Below are positions 36,950 through 50,064 of a stretch of DNA of 64,000 bases, in pieces. Positions within the stretch are counted from its first letter, which is position 1. Each line of letters starts with the position of its first letter. The position numbers were made by a program, and so were the translations under genes. The stretch lies in the NCBI GenBank assembly GCA_013265495.1, contig MU061538.1:932001-996000 (forward strand), given 5' to 3'. This DNA is from Vicugna vicugna. Taxonomy: Eukaryota. Under the pieces are notes generated by a model. It was not told the DNA's origin and ran no database searches. It saw only the letters and a program-made list of their open reading frames with translations.

Positions 36950-39900
36950 TAAAACTGTCTTTAGAAAAAATTCTAGGTCTTAGGTTTTTCATCACCAGAT
37001 GGCTTCCCTCTCCCTAACCCCCACTGACCGTGTCTGTCCTAGGCCCTCCCCTTGCCCCGTGGGGGACTCAGGTGAGGACAAAATGGCTGTTCCAGATTGA
37101 ATGCTGCCAGCGGGCTCCCCAAGGTCAAATTTATTCAGTATGTGAAACACACGGACCTGGAAGCGGGCTTCTTTTCTCTTTCTCAACGAATGGCCCTGAG
37201 TTTCTCCGCTGCTGCCCAAGGAAGCTGAGGCTCTGGCTCTGAGAGGCGTGAGGGGCTGCTCAGAGGGCAGCTCCGGGGGGAGGACCACGGAGATGCAGGG
37301 GGGCAGGTTCTGACGACCTCCAGGCGGGTGGCCTGCCCCTTCACAGAGATCTCTTTGGAGAGTGTCCCGATCCCGGAATAAACGTCCAAGCTAGCCCACG
37401 ACTGCTTTGCCCACACCGGCACCACCAGCAGCCAGCAGCCAGCAGCGTCCTTCACAAAAGCCAGAGGCAGCTTCCCCCGGGGAGCCTCCTCTGGGAAGAG
37501 CCCGCAGCAGGCCTGGGAGTGGACTGGGAGAGCTGGAGCCCAGAGCCGGCCTGGACCCCAAACTCGAGGTGCAGCGCCTGCAGGGTCACCTGTGCATGTC
37601 CACTCCCGGCCCAGATCCCTGCGCTGCGACCTTCCTGAAGGGTCCAGCTGCTGAAGCTGAAAAGTGGGGCATGTTCATTTGTTTGTGCGACGCTGACTGC
37701 CAGCGGTTAATCACCAAGGGTAAGTGGAAGAAATCATTCCTGTTCATTTGCAAATGGAAATCAGATGAGGACTCTGCCTAAATGCATCAGCATTTTCACT
37801 TCCAAATGAACGCGTTTCGGAGACAGCTGACCTTGGGGTGCCTGGCAGGCGCGCGTCCTGCTCCGGGCGTCCTGTGCCTCCCCAGACACTGCTGCCGGCC
37901 ATCCCCGCTGGCCTGGGTGGACGGGCTTGGCTGGGAGAGTAGGAAGCGTGTCAGCAGCGGCCGGGAACTCACATGCACACAAACAGCCCCTTCCCCCTTT
38001 TTTATTACCCCAGGAGCCTGAGAGATGCTTTTACCTCACTTAAGGAGCCCCAGCAAATTATGCTGAAATCCTTCCAAGGGTTGAAATGAAACGTTTCTAA
38101 ATTCTCCTTGCTGAACTGTTGGCCCCAAGAAATCTCACAGCACTAAAGATGTACGCGCTGGGGGTTTGGGGTTCTTTTTCTCCTCTGCCCTCTGAATGTG
38201 TGACTTTTCCTGTTCAGGGGGTCGGTGTGTTGATACCACATTCCATCTGCATTAACGCCCTCAAAGGCACGTGCCCGGAGCACCGGGGTAACAGCCCGCA
38301 CAGCAGACGTGCAATGAATTTCCCTCCACGCTGGTGGATTCATTACCGTGATGTATGGCTGTTTTAATGTACACAACCTTCTTAAACAACTGAGTCGATT
38401 GTTCTGGAGCCAGACCTGGGTCCCTGGGAGCTGGAGCTGAGCCATCGTTCAGGGACTTATTGGTGTCCCTGGGCAGGTAAACAACCTTGGACCAAAGGCT
38501 CTAAGTTACCCGCAAACACCACTGATTGGAATAAGAAGCACCTTCTCGTGGGGAGGGGCACAGCTAAGCACCTTCTAGCCGGGAGCAGCCGCCTGCGTCC
38601 TTGGCACCTTCACTTCCCCAGGAGGGCTGCATGGAGAAGAGAAAAGAGGGTGGGGCTCCCACCCAGGGCAGCGTCAGAAAGAACCCACCTGGGTTATTTG
38701 ATCCCTAAAGATCCTCCTTTTACTCAGAAGGAAACTTGGCGGATTTGCTTTTGATACTTTCAATTATCTTAAGAACAGCTTTAACACGGTGCCCACAGTT
38801 TCACCCTAAAGCAAGACTCGGGTGGTTATTCTCAGAGGATGGGGAGCAGAAACCCAGAGGGTGAGGGACCACCTAAGGTGTGGAGGTGGGGCGGCCTCCT
38901 CTGTTTTACATCAAATCACGGGGCATCTGTGGGAAGCTTCAGCTGCCGAGGGAGAGCTCAGAAAAAGAAAGAAGACTCCAGAAGCAGGGGGAGGGTTCTC
39001 TGCAGAGGGAGGGCAGCATTCTGAAAGTCAATGCCTGGAAGGCAGGGACCCCCAGGAGTGCCCTCGGAGGCCAGCGGGAGGCAGGGGTGGTGAGGGTGCT
39101 GGGGGAAGGTGCTGAGAGCCCCCAAGGAAGGCGCGCAGGGTTCCCGAGGGTGAGCCCTGGGTGTGGAAGGGCCTCGCTTTCCATCCACCAGAGGACCTCT
39201 TGGTCAAGGGCCAGTCAGTCCATCCACAGCCTTGCGTCCTGACAGCAGTGGACTTGCTGCCTTAGCTCAGCCCAGGGGACCAGAATCTGTCAGACTGGGG
39301 GGGGGCTGGGTTTTCAACATTGCGTGCTCAGCGCACATTTCACAAAATCCTGCAGCTTTTTGCTTTTTCTCCCGTGACCGTTTCACACACCCTCGTCTCA
39401 TGCCTGGCTGGACCCTTGGTAACGAAGTCTTGAGTGGACCACGCCTCGCCTGATTCTCACCACTACCATTTCACTGATGGAAAAATTGATGGTTGAGAGG
39501 TTTGGAACTTGCCTGAGGAAATACAAATGGTTTCATACATAGGAAAAGAGCGCCTGCCTCACTGGTAATGAAAACAGAAGAGCAAATGAGGACCACAGTG
39601 AGCCAGGCTTTCCCACCCGGCTGACGGGCAAAGGGGAAACGCGGGTGGGGGCTGGGAAGCACGCCCTTCGGTCCATGGCCCGGAGCAAGGCTGCAATTTA
39701 GCATTCTCTCTCCAAATTTCAAATGAACAAACCCTTTGCCCCAAGAATGCCTCTGTAAACGTCCCTGTAAATATGTGGGAAGACGGCTTTATGGGGATAT
39801 CCAGCGCTCGCTGTTTTTAGTGGCAGCACGGGTCAAGGGCTCCTCGCCTTTGCTGGTCTAAGACATACGCTTGATAAATATTTGTCATGTAGTCTCCTCG

Positions 39901-41901
39901 CTGACCATACGGGGCAGGTGGGGAGAGGTAAAGGCAGCGTGTGGAGGCGCGACAAGAGCTGGTCCTGGGCCTGCCAGGTTGCTAACCCACGGCTGTGGCA
40001 GGGCCGCCTGGGCCCCAGGCACCCGGCTGGCGCTGCCGGGGGACCCGCCCTCAGGGGCAGTCGTGCTCCTTAAAGCCACGGCCAGCTGTCCTCTGCCATC
40101 CACGGCTGCCATTTCATCACTCGTTTACTCAGCAGTCGTCTACTGAACGCCAAGTAGTCGGGGTTCTTGGCTACGAGAAACGGCAAAGAAGGAACTTACT
40201 GGAAACACATCAGATAGTTCGTGGGCTGAGTAGAAGGCTTACAAAACGGCGGGAAGCAGAGGGGCTGGCAGCAGAATCGGGAGCAGGCACAGGCTGGCTG
40301 GGGCTTGGGCTGCCACCAATGACGCCGTCCTGTGAACGCTTCTACCCGGCCCTGCATCACTGTGCCACCACCTGGAGGTTCAACATGTGTGCGGGACCGT
40401 GACGGACCTGCCCAGACACGGGCTGGGACGAGGGTGGACGGGTCCCCTCAGGTTCTGCAGGGGAGGGGGCCCTTCCCCCACCAAGACTCAGGCTGGGGAC
40501 CCCTGCCAGCAGCATGGATGTGGAGGCAGCAAACCACAGCTACACGGACTGCAAACGTCTGGGCCACCGCTTTGGGATCCGTTTGTTCAGTCAATCAACA
40601 AACATTTCATAAGCATTGAAACCGAAATCTCGCGGGTGTTTTGCCCCCCCCCACCGGAGACGCGGCCCCAGCCTCTGCCCTCTGGAATTTTCTCTCTTCT
40701 AGTTTCCTCCTCAGCCGATCACACTGAAGACGCGCCCCCTGCCAAAGGAGAATCAACCCACTCCCTCCCGAAGCCACTCAATTTCTCCTCTTGTCCTAGA
40801 GAATTTGAACTAAGAGACCAGGAGTCAGTAGTGAAGGTGGGGACTTGAATGGAAGAGCAAACGGACTGAACCAGCCAGTGCTGAGGCGGCGGAAGGCGTG
40901 TGTGCACACACGTGTCCCCCGTGACAGGGAGGAGCCCGTCCTGGACAGCCCGGTTCTGCGGTACACTTGGCCCGGCCGTTTTGCTTCTGCCTTGGGCGGC
41001 CATGGGGTGGCCTGGGTATCCTTGCAGCAAAGCCCACCTACCCCGGCTAGGCGGGGGGTGTCTAGTCCATGTGACCAGACAACCCCTCATTAAGACAGAC
41101 GCATCAGAAGTCCTGGGCTGGGCCGGCACCCCTGTGGCCAAGAGCGCGGCTGTACCTTGGGCAGGCGGAGGATCACGGATGAGCCACGAGGACTGGAGGG
41201 GCCTGGCTCATTCTTCGAGCTCCTTCCTGAACAGATGGGACTCCGAGGCCCAAGGTGGGTAAACGACACGCCCACAATCACGGGGCAGAGCTGAGCCTGG
41301 GGTGGTCTCCCCGCGTTCTTCCTGCTCCCTCATACTTCCACTTACACAGGACTCTCCCCCAAAGCTTGCAAAGAGCGGCAGACACGGCTGCACGGAGGGC
41401 CTGCCCCCCAAAAGGGCCACCCGAGGTCTGTCCCACAGAGGAGGAGCCCCCAAGTCCTGGGCTGGTCATGTTCCATCTGGGAGCAGAAACCTCGGCTGTT
41501 CCGGCAACAGTGCAACCGTCTGAACATCAGCTGACAAGTATTAATCAGCCAAACATGGGGACAAATGTGCTGCCTGAGAGGCCTGCAGTTTCCGCGCTGC
41601 AGTTATAGCTCCCTGCCCCCCCCCCCACCCCGCCCCCCCCCCCGCCATGGAGCACCCCCCCCCAAAATGGGAAGAGAAGCAGCTGGATCCGAGAACACAC
41701 GGAGAAGGACGTGCTTCAAGCGGGGTGGCCTCTGCCGGCTCCCCTGTCCCCATCCTTGTCGGGTCTCCCGAGTGTGGGCCTGAGGCCGGTGTGCGTTCAC
41801 CTCACCCGGGATTTGCTCAATTCCAGCACGTGTCTGAGAGACAAGAGAGCCGGAGACACAGTTCCCGCTTCGAGAAGCCCCCAATTTCATAAGCGATACC
41901 A

Positions 41902-42328
41902 TGCATTCTGAGCTGAATTACTTTCCCCCAAACTCACACATCGGAGTCCTAAGCCCGTAGCTCAGAATGTGACCTCATTTCCAGGGTCACTGCAGGTGTG
42001 GTCAAGTGAAGAGGAGAGCTTTAGGCTGGACCCATATGAACGTCCTCAGGAAAATGTGGACACAGAGACAGATGTCCATGGGGAGAACACCGTGTGAAGA
42101 CGGAGGCAGAGAAGGGGCTGTGCTTCTGAAAGCCCGAATCGCCAGAGGTTGCAGCGAACCACCCAGAGCCGGAGGAGGGCCCGAGCGGATCCTCCTCCAG
42201 GCCTCAGCAGGAACCCTCCGCCGGCACCCAGGTCCCGGGCCTCCAGCCTCCTGAGCGACCCGGTGAATTTCCGGCGCTTAAGCCCCCAGGCTGCGCAGCT
42301 CTGTTCCTGCGGCTGGAAAACACTGACA
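41902..42328 (+). mobile_element. MLT1C-type solo LTR, near full length
   Basis: 'ctcagaatgtgacctcattt...gtgtgaagacggaggcagaga...cctccagcctcctgag...ttaagccccc...aaacactgaca'. Confidence 0.8.
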
Positions 42329-44304
42329 ATGTGTAGAGTAAGGCACCACCGACCGGGACCCCACGACCCCAGCAGTGACGGGTCAGGGTGGCATCCACAG
42401 ACGCAGGGCGCACTGGTCATTTTGTACCCGGACCAGTCAATTTAATTAAAGGGGGAAGGAGAAAACAATTATGTTGAACAACTGGTTTCGCTGATTTTTT
42501 TTCTGTCTTTCACCAGCATTTGCCTGAATTTACTTGGGTCTTTGACTGGGGGAGCGTTCCAGTCCTGTGACCCTAGTGCAGGGTTGGGGGGATCCCTGCA
42601 CAAAGGTCGGCTGTGCTGCAGGGCTTGGCCCCCGCTCCCGCCGTCACCCCTTGACGCCGGAGACAACGTCCATCTCTGACCCAGTTCGGGGCTCTGGTGG
42701 CCAGAGACGCACGCATGTGACTCCAACTAGGACAGGAGGCTGCCCGCGCCACCACTGACTAATGGCTTGTTTGGGGCCAGGAAACTGTCTCCCGTGAGAA
42801 AATATATTATTCGATCATTGCCCTAAAATATTAAAAGTGGAGTTCTGCTCGGGGGAGGGGGGCGCCGATCTGCCCTCATCCACACCCCCTGAGGAGGAGA
42901 CGCCTGAAGGGCTTTGGAAGTTAAACCCGGTTTCAGATCAAAGGCAGCCTCGGGAAAGGGGGCTTCCTGTCGCACCCCGACGGGTGCCAGCCGAGAACAC
43001 TCAGCCTTGGAGACCAAAGGACTTCCACCCTCCACGGAGTGGCCCCAGGGCTGAGGCCGCAGGGGGGGACCGGGAGGGCAGCAGTCACTCAGAAACCGGG
43101 TACACGAAGTGGCTGCTTAGGGGAAGGGCGGCAAGTCTCAGCCCGAAACTCCAGGGACATTGGTCTCATCTACGCAGGGCTGTTCGTTGGGGTGTCGTAG
43201 ACCCCAAGAGGCCTCCGGGAAACTCAGGAGTCCCTGCACTTGGATGGGAAATAATTATGTCTCTATTTTCACTAAGCTCCACCTAAAACTTGGCCCTTTA
43301 CCTGTGAAAGCGGCAGCAAGGCACCGTCACACGAGCTTGCCCAGCATCTCGGTCACCAGCCCAAAGTCACATCTAATGCCACGCGGTTGCGGACTTCTCC
43401 ACAGGCGCCGCGTTTCTGCAGAGACCTCAGAGTGTCGTTTACACACGTCATTCCTTCAAGACACACACGTGTCCGAGCCCCGGGGCCTCGCCCTCTGAGG
43501 CGCCGGTTAAGAGGTACGCCTGGTACCCTAACATGTTTCTGTGGATGTTTTGATACGTATGTTTCGATACAACCGTTTTCTTCCCAAGCCCACATATTTT
43601 GCATAGTGCACTGAAAAACTCTCTTCTGAGCAGCAAGTCCCTGGGCTCTACCAAACAGCCAGGGCGACCGTGTCACAGAAGACAAACGATGGCGAGTCCC
43701 AGACCTCAAAGTGCAAGAGCGGGCCAGGAGTGGGGGTCCAACCCGGAAGCAGCGAAGACGGGGAGGCTTAAGGCGAAGGGAGGTGATGCAGGGCGCTGGG
43801 TCTCAGGAGTGGAGGGGCTGGGACGTCGAGCTGGGGTGGGGAGTTCTCAGAAACTGCAGCCACTGACACCGCCAACACCCTAACGCAGGAGGACAAAAGG
43901 AGGACTGGTGCCTACACTCCAAGGGCCAGGGGGCCGGGAGGAGGCCCCAGCAGCTGCCCAGGACGCCCCAAGTCTCAGAGAGGGAACAGCGCCCTGGCTC
44001 CCCCCTCCTTCCTCCGAGGCCAAGGGACTAGGGAGCTTGGAGGCCTGCGGGCCTGGAGCCAGCACCGCCCTGCACACGGAGCCCCGCGTCACATCTCAGG
44101 GAAGATGTGAACGGGGTGGGGTCATCACCTGTCCCCAAGGCCACCATGGCTCAGGCAGGAGAGCGGGGTGCCTCGAATCACAGCGCTTCCGTCCCTGAGT
44201 CTGGAACTCCCGCTGACGCGCCCCTCCTGTCCCCTACCCCAACGTCACGTGGACAACAGCGCGTGGCCTTGTGCCATGGGCGTGGTGTTGAGGGAGAAGA
44301 GAGG

Positions 44305-44645
44305 AAATTCTGAAAGGCTCTCATTGATTTACTCATCGCAGGCAAGTCTGATCCGCAGAACACAGTAAATATTGGTGGTACCTGGAGGAATTAGAACAAT
44401 CACTGACTTATTAGTGTTTGGCACCAGAAATAGGGCTGGGATTAATGCCTTGGGATCCCGGCTGCTCCCTGCAATCTTATCTGTTTCACAAGCCAGCTTT
44501 GCCTTCTGAGTCACCGAAAGAACCGCAGTTTTACATCCATTACATCTCCATTAGTGCTGAGATATCTCTTTTCACAGAGCATCATCAGACTGCAGATACA
44601 CAAAATGCCAATATTCCCTCTCACTTCATTATGCTAATCTGTCCA
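44305..44645. promoter_or_regulatory. Candidate conserved enhancer
   Basis: Repeat-free AT-richer block with TGATTTAC, GGATTA/TAATC (bicoid-type) and repeated CCATTA motifs. Confidence 0.4.
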
Positions 44646-45024
44646 CGCCTCGGCCGGCTTCCTAGAGGACTCGGCCGTGCGCGCTGATGCAGCGGTTACA
44701 GGCAGTGGGACTTCCCGGGTGGCAGCGCACTTCCCACATCTGTGGACACACGGGTCCCGGGCTGACACTGGAGCGGAGGCCCACGCGGCTGCCCGAGCGA
44801 CCTTCTGACCGTTTGGGCACGTTCGATCGGTCCAGAGACACAGCAGTGCTGCTCTTCTGCTTATCCATCAGCCCCTTCCATGCTGCAGTCAAAAAATGCT
44901 CATGTAAATGACTCAGGAAGGAACAGTGAAGAGGCTGGATCTCCTCCGGGAACTTGCTCTTTGCCTGGTTTTCCGCTGCTGCCCCGGCTGACCTGTGGCT
45001 GGAGCCGATTCTCTTCACACCCGA

Positions 45025-45510
45025 GAGACAGAAGGGCAGTGTGACATCCCTGTCGGTCACCCAGTCGGCCGCCCTCTGGAAGATGTAAGTCCTGAGTTAA
45101 TTTCCCTTCCTGTTTTCTGCACACCAGGGGATCAGACTGTCTCACAAAGGGCAGCCTCTCTGGAAGCAAAGCTCGAGGCAGAGACACGGGTGCTCTTGAG
45201 GAAAACCTGTGGCAGAAGGGCTGAGCAGGGCAGCAGGGGCGGCTCAACAAGGGGACAGATTCAGGGCAAGACAGGCCTTGGTCTGATCTTTGAGCTGCAG
45301 TTCATCCTGCCATGCGGTGGCGGGGCCAGGCCTTGGGCAACTGCCCTGCCTTCTGCAGCCAACGCCCCACAACAGCGGGCGGACGGGACGGTCTGCTGGC
45401 CTCCTGAGTGTCTGCTGGGCTTGCCAGCCTCCAATTTCTTACAGGAAATCTCTTTCCACACACACACACCTTGTTGGTTCTGTTTCTCTGGAGAACGCCG
45501 CCTGATGCGA
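45025..45510 (+). mobile_element. MLT2 (ERVL) LTR fragment
   Basis: 3' terminus 'ttcttacaggaaatctcttt(ca)n...ttggttctgtttctctggagaac'. Confidence 0.65.
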
Positions 45511-45579
45511 GCCCTCCTGATGAAGTTAGGGCCCTTATAAGAAGACACACAAAGATGCCAAGACAACTCAGGGGGGAAG

Positions 45580-47200
45580 TAATAGGTTTTTCAACAAGTG
45601 GTCCTAGGGCAACTGGAAAGCCACGTGCAAAGGATGACCCTGACCTCTTCTTTATGCCCTAGCGAAAAGTTAACTGATAAGGATCATAAACCTCAGTTTA
45701 AAAGCCAAAACTATAAAATTCTTCAAAGAAAACGTAGTAGCAGGTATTTGTGACCTGGGTTACATAAAGCCGCCTTATAAACGACACGAAAAGCATGAGT
45801 GACGAAAGAAAAGCAAATTGTACCCCACAGAAATGACACGTCTTTGAGCTTCCACAGACACCACCAAGAAAGTGAAGACAGCCCACAGAGGGGGAGAAAA
45901 TGTTTGCAAATCATGCATCTGAAAAGGAACTTGTATCTAGAATATATAAAGAACTCTTATAATTCAACAATGAAAAGACACATGACCCATTAAAAAAATC
46001 AGCAAAAGATCTGAAAAGACATTTCTTCAATGAAAATACTCCCATGACCAATAAGAACGTGAACAGGTATTCGACATCCTTGGCATCAGGCAAAAGAAAT
46101 CAAACCCACGACGGGACGGCCTGCCACGCTCACCAGTGTTGCGGAAAAATGTGTTGCAGCTCGGGCATTACAGCTCAGTTGTGACAGCAACCTGGATCCG
46201 GGCGCGACACCAAGCAGCACTAGGAGACCTGGAGAACTCGGTTTATTACACCACGACCCCACAGACTTTAACACTCCAAGCTCGGGACCCCAGCTATAGG
46301 TTTACACAGGCCTTTTATGGGCTGCCAGTTTTACACTTTGCAACATCATATGCAAATAAAGTACAACAGAAGTTGACCAACCAGGAACAAGCTTTGTAGA
46401 AATAGACCAATCAGGAGTGAGCTCCATGCAAATGAAGTACTACAAATGGACCAATCAGAAGTTAGCAAAGTGGACCAATCAGAAGTGAGAGTAATAACCA
46501 ATCAGGAGTGAAGGAAATAACCAATAACAAGTGAACTCAGGGAACCAATAGAATTCTAGGTGTAAGTTAGCCGCTTTAGAGGCAAAAAGTGAGATAGAGC
46601 CTCTGGGCCAGGGAACCGGGCGGTGCTGAGAGGAGAGCAGGCCCTGCCTAGGGGTCCTGCCGGTCTTTTTATGGGGCTTCCCGCCTCACCGGGATGCTAC
46701 AGTGAAAAGACAGGCAGCAGAGGTGTTGCCAGGACGCGGAGGAAGCCTCGCCCACCACCAGTGAGGGGACTTCGAAACGCAGTTTTGAAGCTGATGTGCG
46801 CCAGCATCAGCTGCCGTAACACATTCCTCAAAACGTTACGTGTAGTGTCACCACCGGACGCCGCAAGTCCCCTCCTAAGGAGATACTCAAGGCAGATGAA
46901 AACGTACATCTACACAAAACTTGCACACGGAAGCTCACAGCAACACTTTTCCTAGCAACCAAGGGTGGAAACAACCCAAATGTCCATCAGCCGATGAATA
47001 CATCAGTAAAATGTGGTCTATCCACGCACGGAAATTGTATTTGGAGTAAAAAGAGAGTAAGCGGTGACACAGACTACATCGAGGTTGGCCCTCGAGAACA
47101 TGACACCGAGTGACAGGCGCCGGCCACACAGTGTGTGATCCCGTTCATATGAGATGTCCAGCCTCGACAAACCCATCAAAATGGAGGCTGCTGGGGGGGC
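45580..47200 (+). mobile_element. L1MB LINE 3' portion, split by an LTR insertion
   Basis: 'aaaactataaaattcttcaaagaaaac', 'gcaaaagatctgaaaagacatttctt', 'tggaaacaacccaaatgtccatcagccgatgaat'; L1 resumes immediately after 46688. Confidence 0.85.
46137..46688 (-). mobile_element. ERV1-class solo LTR (552 bp) with CCAAT array
   Basis: TG...CA termini, 4-bp TSD ccag/ccgg, minus-strand ATAAAA TATA-like box (~46313-46318) and AATAAA (tttatt ~46242), six CCAAT boxes, two ATGCAAAT octamers; interrupts an L1. Confidence 0.85.
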
Positions 47201-47779
47201 AACTGGGAGTGAGGGAGGGACAAGCAGTTAGGTCCAAGACCACCCACTTGAGGTGAGACCGGTCAGCGTGGCTGTCTTTCCGCTGCAAACGTGTGAACAC
47301 AAAGAAAACATTCGTGTAATCAGCGTTGAGTTTTGCAGGGCGAGCATGAGGAAGAGGGGGCGGGAAAGGGGTGCAAAGGAGTTTTGGACGTTGAGAACGC
47401 TGTAAGACGTCGTCACAGACTGCACAGGGAAGCAAATCCTTCCTGCGCCTGGGAACGTGGGCGAAACAAGACTGCAGCTGGAACACGGGAAGAACCCTTT
47501 TCCCAGTTTCTCTCTGCAAATTTCACTGTGTTCGGGAACCGCTCACCTCCTGACTGGCTTTCCTGCTTCCCCCAGTCGCTGAGATGGAAGCGTCCTGTTG
47601 TGTTCTCTCCCAGACAAAAATACCCATTGAGAGAGAGATTCCCAGAGCGTCGCAGGCCATCTTAGATAACCCAGAACTTGGCCCTGTTTCTCTCCGTTAC
47701 GAGTGCCAGTCTTTGTAAGCAAGCAAACAGTGCTACACTTAAAATACTGACACATGTTTTTAAAATAGCAAAATTAAAT

Positions 47780-48360
47780 TATAAATTAAAATCAGGGGAA
47801 AATAATTGCAATAGATGCGATAACCGAAGGGTGAGTCCTTCAGTCTGTAAAGGGTGTTTGTAAATCAGTAAGACAGAGCTGAGCACCTTGTGGTGAGAAG
47901 TGGCAACATATATTACCTAAGAATGTGTTTTCTACCACAATTTCTGAAAAAGAATGAACTGGTGATATATGATGCAACATGGTTGAATCTCAAACTAGTC
48001 ATGCTGAGTGAAAGAAGCCAGATGAGAGTCCATTCTCTGCAGTGGACACATTCTATAGTCTACATGTGACCTATAACCTATAATCTATACACAACATCCA
48101 CGATCTGTAGTGACAGAGAGCAGGTTGGGGACTGCTTGGGAATGGGGGGCAGTGGGGCGGGGGAAGAAAGGCTTCAGAAGCGCACAGGAGATTTGGGGAG
48201 ACGATGCATGTGTTCCTTATCTTGACTGTGACGTGGTTCCACTGCGTATGGATACCCAGGTCAAATCAAGTGGCCGATTATGTATGCATTTTAAAAAATT
48301 CAACGTCTTTGGTAACTAAAGAAAGTAAGTCAGGAGATATTACCTGTTACCTACCACGCT
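47780..48360 (+). mobile_element. Old L1ME/MC 3' fragments
   Basis: 'gatgcaacatggttgaatctcaaactagtcatgctgagtgaaagaagccaga', 'ccttatcttgactgtg'. Confidence 0.7.
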
Positions 48361-49194
48361 GGCAAAGAATTTGTGAACGGTCATGTCTAGCTCTGACATG
48401 AGTTCGGGGAGCAGGCAGACCCTGACCTTCGCACCAGAAGCCCGCAGGCGTAGGGCCAGGCCTGCGGGGAGCTCTCCACCTCCCCCCTGCGAGGACCCTG
48501 AATGCCGGGTAGGTGGGGGCAGCGGGCACAGCCGGCAGCATGGAATGCCCGTGTCCACCAGGGACCCAGCATGAGGCTACGCGACCTGAGGGTCAGCGGT
48601 GGGCCCGTACCTTCGCCATCGCCCTCAGCTGTCAGCTGCCCTGCTGGGGGGATGGAGCCAGGTGACGGCGCTGCCCCTGGGGGGGGCCGCTGACCACAGG
48701 TCCTCTGGGAAGCTCTGACATTGGACTGGGGCCCCCAGATGCAGAGCGCAGACCCTTGATCTGAATCCCAGCCATCCCTGGACAGGCTGCCCGAGGCTGT
48801 GCCCTCTGCTCGGGCAAGCCTAACCCAAAGATGCTGAAGGCTGCCTCCTGCCACCATCCAATGAGGCAGCAAGAGCAGCCTGGCTGGACAGCGGGACTGC
48901 CCTTCACAGCAGAGGTGGTCTCAAAAGAGCATCTTCCTCCCAGGCAGGAATAGCCACGATTTACAGCTGAGTTGATACTGAGACCAGGGCCAGCCCTAAC
49001 TCCAGGGCAGAAATCCTGGCTCTGCACAGTGGGTGCAGGGCCCCACCGATGGGGATGGGTGGGGCCGAGTCACTGGGCCAGGACCAGCCCCCTGGCCTGG
49101 CTGGCAGGTGCCAGTGAGCACAGCGCTGGCAGGGACGCAAGGAGAAGCCGGGCCCCCGGCAAGGGCAGGGCTGACTTGCCAGCGCGGCCATCGA

Positions 49195-49380
49195 CCCGCA
49201 TAATGGAGAAATGACGAAAGTAACGCCGGCAGTCTCAGTAATAATGACAAATACACCCGTGGCCCTTCTGATGGATGTTCGTGGCCCAGCAGAGCGGATG
49301 AGGCTGCACCAAGTAATGGTCCCTGTTCGTTCTTGGCCCTCTCTGCTGAGATTGCCAATTAAGATAGTGCTCTAAGAGGG
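49195..49380. promoter_or_regulatory. Candidate small conserved element
   Basis: TGATGGAT (PBX-HOX type), TGACA, TAATGG x2 and CCAATTAA in a short AT-richer patch. Confidence 0.35.
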
Positions 49381-50064
49381 ATGCGGATTCCCAGCGGCCC
49401 GAGGGTGCTGGAAACCAGCACGTCAGCCCAGGTGCCAGGCGTTGCCCGGTCGGCTCTGCTGAGTAGCAGCTCCTGACCTGCCTCTGACCCCGAGTAGCAA
49501 CGCCATGGGGAAGACGCCCACTGTCCCTGAGGGAGCTGGGGGGCCGTGTGCACCTGCCGCGTCCCAGAGCTGTCCTCGCGGACCCAGCCACTTCCTCTCC
49601 GGGGGGCCCCACCTCTGCCCCTTGCACGCATCCCACGGCCTCCACGCCTGCACACGAGGCTGCCTCCAGGGTGGGGTGAGGATTAAACCAAGAAACACCG
49701 AGCAGCCATAGAGGCAGAACCACGTGGGCACAAAGAGGTGCGGCCTGGGGGGACCCCCTGAGGAGTGGGTGGCCAGGCTGTGGCCTGGCCTCCACCAGCT
49801 TGTTTCCCGCTTTGCTGGCACCTGTACCAAGAACTGCAGCATGGCCAGGATGGGTTCCTGAGCCGTGGGGGCTCCGAGATCCCATCACCCATGTGCAACC
49901 ACTGTCTAAGCCCACGTAAGCCAGGGCCACCGGGTCCCCTGAGGCCAGCTCCTCAGCAAGGCCTGCACAGCCCCGCCTCAGGCATCGGCCTGGCCCCTGG
50001 AGTCTCCACGCGGAGAGAGAACAGAAGACAAACCTCACAGCTTGGAAACTGGACGTGGCGGTCT

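Noticed and set aside
41615..41665. Long C-tracts (G-quadruplex potential on the minus strand)
   Set aside because: Simple low-complexity runs common in this GC-rich region; no functional context
46400..46550. CRISPR-like repeat-spacer array
   Set aside because: Short degenerate 23-24-bp tandem units inside an LTR in mammalian DNA; no unique spacers, no cas genes
49235..50038. 267-aa minus-strand ORF
   Set aside because: Stop-codon scarcity in GC-rich DNA; G/A/P/R-rich, no motif
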